Assembly (NCBI GenBank): GCA_043778225.1
Contig: JAYWGM010000094.1
Coordinates: forward strand, 1 to 64,000
Source: Deinococcales bacterium
GTDB lineage: Bacteria; Deinococcota; Deinococci; Deinococcales; JAAFIG01
Direction of reading: 5' to 3'
Length of the DNA: 64,000 nucleotides
Shown: positions 1-8,040 of the stretch, in pieces
Position numbering within the stretch: the stretch's first letter is position 1
How the letters are laid out: the number at the start of each line of letters is the position of its first letter
Translations under genes and position numbers: made by a program
The notes under the pieces: model-generated
What the model saw: the letters and a program-made list of their open reading frames with translations, nothing else
What the model was told of the DNA's origin: nothing
Databases searched by the model: none

Positions 1-117
1 TCGTTGCAGGCGTTTGACGAGAGACTTTGAGGGTTTACCGAGTACAACCGAATCTTGGGCTTATTTGGCGAATATTCAGTTGATTTTGAGACGTTTTGAA
101 ACTTTATAAACACGCTC
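1..117 (+). mobile_element. IS5-family insertion sequence, right end (transposase C-terminus 2-109 plus terminal inverted repeat)
   Basis: Frame 2 reads RCRRLTRDFEGLPSTTESWAYLANIQLILRRFETL*, matching the IS5-type C-terminal pattern RRLxxDYE...IxLxLRR. It ends ...AAACACGCTC and is followed by TTA, a typical TWA target. Confidence 0.75.
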
Positions 118-534
118 TTAGGGTCTGGACATGGATTTGGAATACAGCTAGGTACTTCAATGGAAATTGGCGTGGGAAATGTCGGGTTGTCAGGTCAAGT
201 GGCTGTTGGTGCTGGGGTTTTCTTTGACCGCCAAAATAATTTAAGCATTGGTGTTTTTACTGCTGGTGGAGCATCCACATCAAATGTTGCAGGCTTTTCC
301 ATTGGTGCTTCAGCAGGTGTATTTGGTACTAATGCTCGAAAAGTGGAAAATTTAAGTGGAGCAGGTTCGACAGGTACAATTACATTAGGTGCAGGTGCAT
401 TAGGTTATGCCTCAGAAACAACGAGTGGTAACGTGAGATATGGGACTGGCGGTGTCGGAGCAGGTTATGGGTTTAGTATTTCTCGGTATGACACAACAAC
501 TGCTGCTGCTACTATTTTTGGTAGAACCTGTTAA
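118..534 (+). pseudogene. Gly-rich C-terminal domain of a putative polymorphic toxin, 5' part cut off by IS5
   Basis: Frame is open from the IS end (TTA at 118) to the stop at 534. Gly-rich beta-type sequence resembles RHS-type C-termini and is followed by a small AT-rich gene. Confidence 0.55.
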
Positions 535-573
535 TGCGTTATCTTAAAACGGGTCTTTTAATGGGGTATTATT

Positions 574-987
574 ATGAATTCGTATCATTTACTATTATTC
601 GTGTCAGGTTTGCAAAGAACACAGCTTATTCAAAATAGCAATCAAAGTAACATTACTTTTGTTTTGGTTAGTTTTTTATATGTTTTATTCGTGCTTGGAT
701 TTTTTTATATTATTACTAGAATTCTATTTGATGCTCGAGTCGTTGAAAATAAAATTTGCTTTGTTTTGTTGGGAAAAATCACGATTTATGAAATGAATAT
801 ATTTGAAGTAAAGGAGTTTAGAATTGCAAAATTATCGGATTTTTTAAATCCTTTCAAATTATTTTTGCCTAATAATCCATTTAACAAAACTCAATATTTC
901 TTTATCTCAAATGGAAGATTTTCTTGTGTATTTTCTTCGAGTAGCTCCTCCTTGCTTATTGAAAAATTAAATTTTCAAGGTAAATAA
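574..987 (+). CDS. AT-rich membrane protein, putative immunity protein
   Basis: 137 aa, one strong TM segment, very low GC, directly downstream of the putative toxin CT. Confidence 0.5.
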   Translation: MNSYHLLLFVSGLQRTQLIQNSNQSNITFVLVSFLYVLFVLGFFYIITRILFDARVVENKICFVLLGKITIYEMNIFEVKEFRIAKLSDFLNPFKLFLPNNPFNKTQYFFISNGRFSCVFSSSSSSLLIEKLNFQGK

Positions 988-1049
988 AAACTTGCATCAC
1001 TCAATTTAGATGTATCTCGAGTCACCCGCTTCTGCTCACACTTGCCCAT

Positions 1050-1114
1050 GCTTCTGCTCGAGCCTCGCGCTTGGTGCTTGGGCAGGTCGCGGAATCTCGA
1101 GCAAGAAAAACCCC
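1050..1114. repeat. 65-bp direct repeat A, copy 1 (core bounded by two CTCGAG)
   Basis: Identical to 3935-3999: gcttctgCTCGAGcctcgcgcttggtgcttgggcaggtcgcggaatCTCGAGcaagaaaaacccc. Confidence 0.95.
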
Positions 1115-1148
1115 TACTCGAGAAAAGAATCTCATGCTTCTCAAGGGT

Positions 1149-1544
1149 CTATCCTTTCACGTTTTGCAGTACCCGCGCAACCTCGAGAACCCGAGCTAAA
1201 CTCGCACTGGCGTATCTCGAGGCTTCGTAACGCTGAATCTGTTGTGGTTTCATTTTCAGTTTGGCTGCTAATTGCGCTTGGGTGAATCCACTGGCAACCC
1301 TTGCTTGAATCAGCTTCTCCGCGATGCCTTGTAGTGACTCGAGTTCGATTTGTGTTTTTCCATCGCGTAATTGTTCAAATTCTTCTAATTCTAAGCCCAG
1401 AACTTCGATTTCACTTTGTACCGCATCATGTTGAACTTGTACTTCGAGTTTGGATTGATCTAATTTTAGGATGTTTAAGAATGTGTTTTTGAAGCGCTCG
1501 AGTTGCATTTTTGTGTGATTGTACTGACGTTGATTTTCGATCAT
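1149..1544 (-). CDS. XRE-family HTH protein, putative antitoxin
   Basis: C-terminal HTH (ARVASGFTQAQLAAKLKMKPQQIQRYE); start overlaps the upstream gene's stop. Confidence 0.85.
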   Translation of the reverse strand: MIENQRQYNHTKMQLERFKNTFLNILKLDQSKLEVQVQHDAVQSEIEVLGLELEEFEQLRDGKTQIELESLQGIAEKLIQARVASGFTQAQLAAKLKMKPQQIQRYEASRYASASLARVLEVARVLQNVKG

Positions 1545-1996
1545 GGTTTCACTCCTAATTCGGTTAAGTTTAATTCGAGAATGCCTTTGGGTTGTTGTTT
1601 TCTGTCCATTTGAAAGAATTCAAGGAAAGTCATGCCGTTTGGCGAAGCTGGGAGGTTAGCAGGGAAGCATTCGCTGCTAAATTTTTGTTTCATTTTGGCT
1701 CGAGCATTAGAAAAATCCAGTAAAACAGGTTCGAGTTGTTTGAGTTGATGTAAGTCCGTGTTGGTATTGTCGTAACAAATGTCTATGTCGTTTGGATTGT
1801 CTTTGTTGCTGATAAAACTTCCGTCTATCCAAGCAGTTGGGCAACCGCAGGTGTGTAAGCTGATCAGGGCTGCGCGGAGTCCGCCAATCATGATGGCGCG
1901 GTGTGTGTTCCAAGCGAAGTGTTGTGTGAAGGCTGTCCATGTACATTGGTAGATTCCTTGGGGCAGGTTGCCGTTATGGTCAAAATCTGGTATCAT
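1541..1996 (-). CDS. DUF6932-like nucleotidyltransferase-fold protein, putative toxin
   Basis: MIPDFDHNGNLPQGIY start and WIDGSFISNKDNPNDIDI (GS...DID) motif; coupled to the HTH gene. Confidence 0.75.
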   Translation of the reverse strand: MIPDFDHNGNLPQGIYQCTWTAFTQHFAWNTHRAIMIGGLRAALISLHTCGCPTAWIDGSFISNKDNPNDIDICYDNTNTDLHQLKQLEPVLLDFSNARAKMKQKFSSECFPANLPASPNGMTFLEFFQMDRKQQPKGILELNLTELGVKP

Positions 1997-1998
1997 TG

Positions 1999-2018
1999 TT
2001 ACAACAATAGTGTTGTAA
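1999..2018. promoter_or_regulatory. Palindromic operator of the DUF6932/HTH operon
   Basis: Perfect inverted repeat TTACAACA-atag-TGTTGTAA immediately upstream of the ATG at 1996. Confidence 0.6.
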
Positions 2019-2025
2019 TGATTTT

Positions 2026-3411
2026 TTGTCAAGCTCGAGCAACCCACCACCCAGCAACCCTGCCACCAATGTGACAAGTCCTAGCACAGGAGTCTCGAGT
2101 CCAACAGCAACACCCACAACTCAGACCCCAGCACCCTCGAGTCCAGCCAACGGCACCACCACCTCGAGCAACCCAAGCCCAGCCCAAACCCCAGCAATCT
2201 CGAGTCCAACCACAACATCTAACCCAGTCTCGAGTCCAGCAATTGGTACAACAGGAATTTCTGTGACCCCACTCCAAGCCCCAAGTCAAGCCGCTCCAAG
2301 TGGGGTAGCTGTAACCGCTTCTAGTGTCTCGAGTCCAAATTCAGTTCCAAATGCGCCAAGTGTTACCGCCTCGAGTGTCACCAGCCCAAATGCAAGTGTC
2401 TCGAGTCCTAGTACAGTTTCGAGTGTTAGTAGCCCTAGTGCCTCGAGTTCGGCTGTTGTGGTCTCGAGTGTGACTTCGCCTGTCTCGAGTGTTAAGCCAG
2501 TTGGGGTGACTGTTAAGCCGCTTGGATACTATGATTCCAGTGGTACTTGTGTCGAAAGCGCTACCAGAACTGAATGTAAAACCTCCAAAGAATTATCAGA
2601 CGAAGCAGACCGACTCAAGGCACAAGCCAGAAAAGCAGCAGGTGATGCTGAACGGGAACGAGCCAGACTCGAGGCTGCCCGAATTCGAGCGCAAATTGAT
2701 ATGCGAGAAGCTGTAGGTAATGACCGAACGGCGGATGGTTATGTTAGCAGAATCGAAAATTCGGCTTTGTACAAATCGCTTGAAGGTAATCCAGTTGGTA
2801 AAACCATGTTCTGGCTTGCAATTAGTACAAAACTCGAGGGTAAGGGTTGGAATGAAATTTATGGTAGCCCTCGAGCTTTTGTTGAAGGTGTGGTTCGAGC
2901 CTCGGAAACATTGGTTTATAAAGGCAGGGATTCGCAAGGAAGAATGATTTTTGCTTCTGCTCCCGCGAATACTGGTTCAAGTTCTTTAAGCAATGTAAAT
3001 GCAAGTGCGCCTCCTATTCCCATTCATCCTGCGGTGGTGGGAGCGTACATTGTTATAGGAGGTATTGCCTTAACCCCTGGTATTGGAGGATATTTACTCG
3101 AGGGTATATTTAACGATGTCTACGAAATTTTCAAATCAGGAATAGATATGTTTAGGGGTTTGATAAATGCCGCATCTGATGCTAGGGATGACCCTAATTC
3201 CAAACTTGGCACGAATAAACAAGACAATGGACAAGTAAAACGAATCTCTAAAGACGTAGGTTTGAATCCAGCACAAGAAGATTTATTAGAGGCGGCAATT
3301 ACTGGTACAGGCGCAAGCCCAGAAGAAATTCGAGAAATTGCCGAACAAATAAAAAGAAACTTTTCTGGAGTATCAAAAGGAGATCGGAAACGTGAAAGCA
3401 ACAGAAGGTAG
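2026..3411 (+). CDS. Putative orphan polymorphic toxin module: Ser/Pro/Thr-rich linker, coiled coil, hydrophobic segment, basic C-terminal domain (no convincing start)
   Basis: 461-codon frame with only a TTG start and no RBS. Low-complexity N-terminus is homologous to 4945-5120 and 7845-8040; overlaps a downstream AT-rich gene. Confidence 0.55.
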   Translation: MSSSSNPPPSNPATNVTSPSTGVSSPTATPTTQTPAPSSPANGTTTSSNPSPAQTPAISSPTTTSNPVSSPAIGTTGISVTPLQAPSQAAPSGVAVTASSVSSPNSVPNAPSVTASSVTSPNASVSSPSTVSSVSSPSASSSAVVVSSVTSPVSSVKPVGVTVKPLGYYDSSGTCVESATRTECKTSKELSDEADRLKAQARKAAGDAERERARLEAARIRAQIDMREAVGNDRTADGYVSRIENSALYKSLEGNPVGKTMFWLAISTKLEGKGWNEIYGSPRAFVEGVVRASETLVYKGRDSQGRMIFASAPANTGSSSLSNVNASAPPIPIHPAVVGAYIVIGGIALTPGIGGYLLEGIFNDVYEIFKSGIDMFRGLINAASDARDDPNSKLGTNKQDNGQVKRISKDVGLNPAQEDLLEAAITGTGASPEEIREIAEQIKRNFSGVSKGDRKRESNRR

Positions 3412-3889
3412 GGAAAAGAGTGTTATACAAAATGCGCCAGTATATTGCCTTAAACAGCTTCAGGGTCTAAGTATCTGGAATTTATCACTTGCGGCAGATT
3501 CACTAACAATTCAAATTGGTGAAAAAATTGATATATATATTGTGGCATTAGGTATTACAAGAAAGGTTGGCTTGTTCGGATTGCACGTTCATTGCCAATG
3601 GAGTTTGTACAGAGGTAAATCTCTAATTTTGAGCCGCAATACATTAAGTTCGGATTTTAAGAAAGATTCTGAAACTATTCTTAGTGTATCGGAGTTACTT
3701 TTGAAAAACAAAAGTGTATGCACCATTTGTAATTACTCTCTAGGAAGTTTTGAAGTAGTTTTCGGTAAATTTCTTTTGAAGGTGAATAATGATGTCAAAA
3801 GTGGTGAGGAAAGTTGGCGGATTTTGGATAATTCAAACTCTTTTCACCACAAATACCGAGCTAGGTCACTCCCCTCGCAGGAGAGGTAA
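3392..3889 (+). CDS. AT-rich protein, putative immunity protein
   Basis: Overlaps the toxin-like ORF. HVHCQWSL and GEESWRI motifs recall small immunity-type proteins; low GC, no CTCGAG seen. Confidence 0.55.
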   Translation: MKATEGREKSVIQNAPVYCLKQLQGLSIWNLSLAADSLTIQIGEKIDIYIVALGITRKVGLFGLHVHCQWSLYRGKSLILSRNTLSSDFKKDSETILSVSELLLKNKSVCTICNYSLGSFEVVFGKFLLKVNNDVKSGEESWRILDNSNSFHHKYRARSLPSQER

Positions 3890-3934
3890 TAGACTAATTT
3901 CTCTATCACAGCTTCTCTTCCGCTCGAACAGCCC

Positions 3935-3999
3935 GCTTCTGCTCGAGCCTCGCGCTTGGTGCTTGGGCAGGTCGCGGAATCTCGAGCAAGAAAAACCCC
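3935..3999. repeat. 65-bp direct repeat A, copy 2
   Basis: Identical to 1050-1114. Confidence 0.95.
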
Positions 4000-4016
4000 G
4001 CCATCTCGAGCGGGGT
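3995..4016 (-). terminator. Hairpin terminator downstream of Rpn gene 1
   Basis: ACCCCGC-catctcga-GCGGGGT with an A-tract on the left (U-tract on the minus strand); near-identical hairpin at 6858-6883. Confidence 0.65.
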
Positions 4017-4036
4017 GTAGCTCCTCTTCGATTTTG

Positions 4037-4888
4037 CTAAGAAATCCCGTTCTGCTCGAGTTCTTCGGCACTTAATCCCGTTGCGGCTGCGATTTGCTCC
4101 AAGTTCATTCCCAAAGTTTTTAAGTTTCGGGCTGTCTTTAAGTTGGCGTTCAGTTCCCCTCGAGCCTCCCCTTCGGCAAAAGCTGTTTGTTGTGTCGCAA
4201 AGTTATCCCTAATAATTTTTAGACTGTACTCGTATTGGTCTCTGCCCTTTTGGTCAAGATTTGAGAATTTTGCTACTTCAAATGCACTCGAGAACATTTC
4301 ATCTCCAAGTAACTTTGGGATACTTTGTAAGTCCTTGAGATTGTTGATAAAAAACAACCACTTATCAAGGCGTGTTTCTAATTCCTCAAGTCCTTTTTTG
4401 AAGTTCGGCATCTCGAGGTACATTAGGGTTAGTTTGTCAGAGAATACGTTATTATTCTGGTCTTTGAGATTAACCTTATGCACCACTTCGTAAAGATTAG
4501 CTCGGTCATCATCGAAGGTAAAATCTAAAATGGCAATGCAATAAACAGGTGCAAGTTTATAATTCCAAGTACCTTTTTGTGCTTGTTGTTGAATTGGGAA
4601 AGTAGCATAAAATAGTGTTCTGTCCTTAAAAAAGTCTTGTTTTAATTTCTGTAACTCAACAATAAAATACTCGCCATTCACGCCTTGACAGTAAATATCG
4701 TAAACAGCTTTGCGTTCGTTTTCAATGCTGGGCAATTGCTCGAGATTCTTAAAACTAAGGTCTTTAATCTGGGCAAAAGCGGGCAATAACGAGTTCAAAA
4801 AGTCAATCAAATGGGGTTTTGATGCTTCTTCCCCAAAGATTTTTTTGAATCCGAAATCAGTAAATGGATTGATGAAGGTCGTGACCAT
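4037..4888 (-). CDS. Rpn family recombination-promoting nuclease / PD-(D/E)XK putative transposase, copy 1
   Basis: FINPFTDFGFKKIFG, AVYDIYC, FIVELQ motifs and a C-terminal EQIAAATGLS HTH-like tail. Confidence 0.92.
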   Translation of the reverse strand: MVTTFINPFTDFGFKKIFGEEASKPHLIDFLNSLLPAFAQIKDLSFKNLEQLPSIENERKAVYDIYCQGVNGEYFIVELQKLKQDFFKDRTLFYATFPIQQQAQKGTWNYKLAPVYCIAILDFTFDDDRANLYEVVHKVNLKDQNNNVFSDKLTLMYLEMPNFKKGLEELETRLDKWLFFINNLKDLQSIPKLLGDEMFSSAFEVAKFSNLDQKGRDQYEYSLKIIRDNFATQQTAFAEGEARGELNANLKTARNLKTLGMNLEQIAAATGLSAEELEQNGIS

Positions 4889-5070
4889 GCTATAATCGTA
4901 GCAGCCAAAAGCCTATTTTCCTAGGGTAAAAACGCTTACTTATCACCCCTCTAAGCACTCAAACAGGAATCACCACTGCCTCGAGCGTCACCAGTCCATC
5001 CTCGAGCAACCCAGCCCAGCCAGCCCCGTCGCCACCCCAACCACAGGAGTCTCGAGTCCAAGCACCCCAG
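4889..5070. repeat. Repeat C copy 1: Rpn promoter region plus frameshifted Ser/Pro/Thr linker remnant
   Basis: Near-identical to 7788-7969; homology to 2034-2240 continues to 5120. Confidence 0.9.
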
Positions 5071-5177
5071 CACCAGCCAGCAACCCAATCTCAAGTCCAG
5101 CAAACAGAACAACCACCTCGTGAATTGGGTACACTTTCGTGGACATGAAGTTCGGTTTCAAATGGAAATCGGAGACT

Positions 5178-5531
5178 ATGATGTCAAAACAAATGAAAAC
5201 ATACACACTAGAGTTCAAGCAACAAGCCATCCAACTCGCCCAGCAAGAGGGAATGAGTATTTCACTAGCCGCTCGGGACTTAGGAGTCTCCCAAGCAGGA
5301 CTCAACCGATGGGTAAACTTAGCCAAGCAAGCTGACCTTCATGGACGACCAGCCTTTACTGGACGAGGTGTAATCGCATTGAGTGAATCCGAAAAGCGAA
5401 TGAAAGACCTTGAGCGAGAAGTGGTTTTACTTCGTCAGGAGCGTGAAATTTTAAAAGCAGCAGCCAAATTCTGTCTTGACCCTAAAGATGCACCTGACGG
5501 GCTGGGTCGCTTTGCCAAGGAGAGCCGGTAA
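5178..5531 (+). CDS. IS3 transposase OrfA with a 13-codon in-frame insertion
   Basis: YTLEFKQQAI...AARDLGVS HTH and LRQEREILKAAAKF; GGAG RBS before ATG 5178. Confidence 0.88.
   Translation: MMSKQMKTYTLEFKQQAIQLAQQEGMSISLAARDLGVSQAGLNRWVNLAKQADLHGRPAFTGRGVIALSESEKRMKDLEREVVLLRQEREILKAAAKFCLDPKDAPDGLGRFAKESR
5474..5510 (+). mobile_element. 37-bp structured micro-element, copy 1 (inside IS3 orfA)
   Basis: tcttgaccctaaagatgcacctgacgggctgggtcgc; homologs at 26884, 32429 and 39760. Confidence 0.8.
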
Positions 5532-5578
5532 GGTACGAATTTATCAAAGAAAATCTCGTAAAGTACCCACTAAAACCA

Positions 5579-6394
5579 ATGCTAAACGTTCTAAACGTCT
5601 CAAAAAGCGGTTACTATGCGTGGCTAAACCGACCGAAAAGCAAGCAAAAACTCGAGAATGAAGAACTTGCTAAGAGCATTGAGGAGGTCTATAACGAGTC
5701 TCGAGGCAACTCTGGCAGTCTCAAAGTATTACATGGCTTGGAGGCTCGAGGAATCAAGGCTAGTCGTCCTCGGATAGCCAGGATCATGAAGGCTCGAGGG
5801 TGGAAAGGTAAATGTAAACGCAAATTCCGTGTAACAACAGATTCTAAGCATTCTCATGGGTATTTTGAGAATAAACTCAATCGTGCTTTTGGAGCAGAAA
5901 AACCAAATATGAAATGGGCATCGGACATTACTTACATTCCCACAAGTGAGGGTTGGTTATATCTTGCTGTGGTGCTGGACTTATTCTCGAGAAAAACTGT
6001 GGGCTGGGCAATGGGAACGAGTCTCGAGGCGAGTCTGCCAGTAAAAGCACTTGAGATGGCTCGAGTGAGTCGTAAACCAAGTGATGGACTGCTACATCAC
6101 TCTGACCGTGGCGTGCAATACGCTAGTCTCGAGTTCCAAACGGCTGTTGGTAAATTCAATGGAATCTCGAGTATGAGTAGAAAGGGGAATTGCTGGGATA
6201 ATGCTGTGGTAGAGAGTTTCTTTGGTACTTTGAAGCTCGAGTTAGGTTTAGATAAAGTTATTGGGTCTCGAGAAGTCACAAAAGCTGTGGTGTTCGAGTG
6301 GATTGAAGTGTTCTACAATCGTCAACGGCTGCACTCAACAAATGGAACTTGGGACAGCCTTTTAGATGATATTGCTGAGGATTGTTCCAAATGA
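5579..6394 (+). pseudogene. IS3 transposase OrfB (DDE), C-terminally truncated and fused to the tail of an unrelated gene
   Basis: WASDITY, HHSDRGVQY and GNCWDNAVVESFF motifs. After RLHST the sequence becomes NGTWDSLLDDIAEDCSK*. Confidence 0.85.
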
Positions 6395-6741
6395 AAAAGC
6401 GCCACAGGTATTTATTATCTTCTGTAGACTTCCTCAGAAAGAATGTCGTTATTTCACTGTTAGGTTTGCATTTTTTGCTGGGGATTGTAGTACAAGTAGT
6501 AGCCCTTGGATTTGATTTAGGCTATCAAATAAATGGTTTTTTTTTAAGTAAAGTCTTGATACCTACCTGTTTAATTCTTTGTGTTGTTACGATTTCTATC
6601 AGTATTTTCAGAAAGCGTTATTGGGGCATAGTGTACTCAGCCGTCTATTTCGTATTTAATTATTTTTTCTACATTTTAGTGTATCTATTTATCCTTTTAC
6701 CTATAGCCGCTATTCTGACCGAGTTGCAAAAGATATTTTGA
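6391..6741 (+). CDS. AT-rich multi-pass membrane protein, putative immunity protein
   Basis: ATG overlaps the preceding TGA (ATGA); 3-4 hydrophobic segments; low GC. Confidence 0.6.
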   Translation: MKKRHRYLLSSVDFLRKNVVISLLGLHFLLGIVVQVVALGFDLGYQINGFFLSKVLIPTCLILCVVTISISIFRKRYWGIVYSAVYFVFNYFFYILVYLFILLPIAAILTELQKIF

Positions 6742-6857
6742 TAAGCCACCCTTCATATCCAATCTGTCCTTCACATTTTTTTCCGCTCGAGCCTCTGGCT
6801 CTGCCCACGCTCGCTTGTGGCTAGGAAGGCGAAGGGCAAAAGGCAAAAGGCAAAAGT

Positions 6858-6883
6858 AAACCCCGCCATCTCGAGCGGGGTTT
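6858..6883 (-). terminator. Hairpin terminator downstream of Rpn gene 2
   Basis: AAACCCCGC-catctcga-GCGGGGTTT. Confidence 0.65.
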
Positions 6884-6899
6884 ACTTCTTTGGCGTTTT

Positions 6900-7787
6900 C
6901 TAAGAAATTCCGTTCTGCTCGAGTTCTTCCGTACTTAATCCTGTAATCGCCTGAATCTGTTCAAGTGTTAGTCCTGTGGCTTTTGAATTTCTCGCTACCT
7001 CGAGCTTGGCTTTTAGTTCTCCCTCGAGAATACCCGCTTCACGCCCTTTTGCTTCCCCTTCGAGAAGTCCTTCTTCTCTTGCCGATTTGAACGCCGAATA
7101 ATTATCCCGCAGACTTTTTAAGCTGTACTCATAGCTATCCCGTTCACTCGGCTCGAGATTCGCGTATTTGGCTGTTTCAAAGGCAGATAAAAAGGCTTCT
7201 TCTTTGAATAGTTCTGGAATTTGTTGCAAGTCCACTAAGTTCTTTAAGAAGTACAACCACTTATCTAGGCGGGTTTCTAATTGCTCGAGTGGCTTATCAA
7301 AATTTGGCATTTCAAGATAAATAAAAGTGAGTTTCTTGTAGAATACTTCATTGTTCTGGTCTTTGAGTTCAACCGTATGAACCACTTCGGTACGATTTGC
7401 TTTCTTATCATCGAAGGTAAAGCCTAAAACACCAACACAATACACGGGTTGAAGCAGGTAATCCCAGTCTCCTTTGGGTGCTTGGTCTTGAATTGGAAAC
7501 GTAGCATAGTAAAGTGTTCTATCCTTAAAGTTAATCTGTTTGACTTTTTGCAGTTCAACAATAAAATACTCACCATTTTTTCCACGGCAATAAATGTCGT
7601 AAACAGCTTTGCGTTCATCTTCGGAACGTGGGAGTTGCTCGAGATTCTTGAAACTCAAATCGGCTATTTTAGCATCATCTGGCAGCAGGGAATTGAGGAA
7701 ATCAATCAGATGAGGCTTACTGGCTTCCTCGCCGAAGATTTTTTTGAATCCAAAATCAGTAAATGGATTGATGAAGGTCGTAACCAT
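6900..7787 (-). CDS. Rpn family recombination-promoting nuclease / PD-(D/E)XK putative transposase, copy 2
   Basis: Same motifs as 4037-4888; identical N-terminal 36 aa and EELEQNGIS C-terminus. Confidence 0.92.
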   Translation of the reverse strand: MVTTFINPFTDFGFKKIFGEEASKPHLIDFLNSLLPDDAKIADLSFKNLEQLPRSEDERKAVYDIYCRGKNGEYFIVELQKVKQINFKDRTLYYATFPIQDQAPKGDWDYLLQPVYCVGVLGFTFDDKKANRTEVVHTVELKDQNNEVFYKKLTFIYLEMPNFDKPLEQLETRLDKWLYFLKNLVDLQQIPELFKEEAFLSAFETAKYANLEPSERDSYEYSLKSLRDNYSAFKSAREEGLLEGEAKGREAGILEGELKAKLEVARNSKATGLTLEQIQAITGLSTEELEQNGIS

Positions 7788-7969
7788 GCTATAATCGTAG
7801 CAGCCAGAAGCCTATTTTCCTAGAGTAAAAACGCTTACTCATCACCCCTCTAAGCACTCAAACAAGAATCACCACTGCCTCGAGCGTCACCAGCCCATCC
7901 TCGAGCAACCCAGCCCAGCCAGCCCCGTCGCCACCCCAACCACAGGAGTCTCGAGTCCAAGCACCCCAG
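7788..7969. repeat. Repeat C copy 2
   Basis: Near-identical to 4889-5070; linker-like sequence continues to about 8040. Confidence 0.9.
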
Positions 7970-8040
7970 CCACCAACCCAAGTATCCCCAACAACCCAGC
8001 CAGCCCCCAATCTCGAGTCCAAGCACTGGAATCACCCCCA

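Larger units (their letters stand above)
5121..6345 (+). mobile_element. IS3-family element, right end deleted
   Basis: Left end TGAATTGGGTACACTTTCGTGGACA, then orfA and orfB in the -1 frame. IS similarity stops at RQRLHST; no right TIR seen. Confidence 0.88.

Noticed and set aside
1010..1285. ORFs 1010-1285, 1042-1230 and 3789-4040 sharing peptide sequence
   Set aside because: The shared peptide comes from non-coding repeat A, and the first two overlap the HTH gene on the other strand.
1050..6800. Apparent 2.9-kb periodicity of the modules
   Set aside because: The modules have different contents, including an IS insertion and deletion, so similar spacing is probably coincidental.
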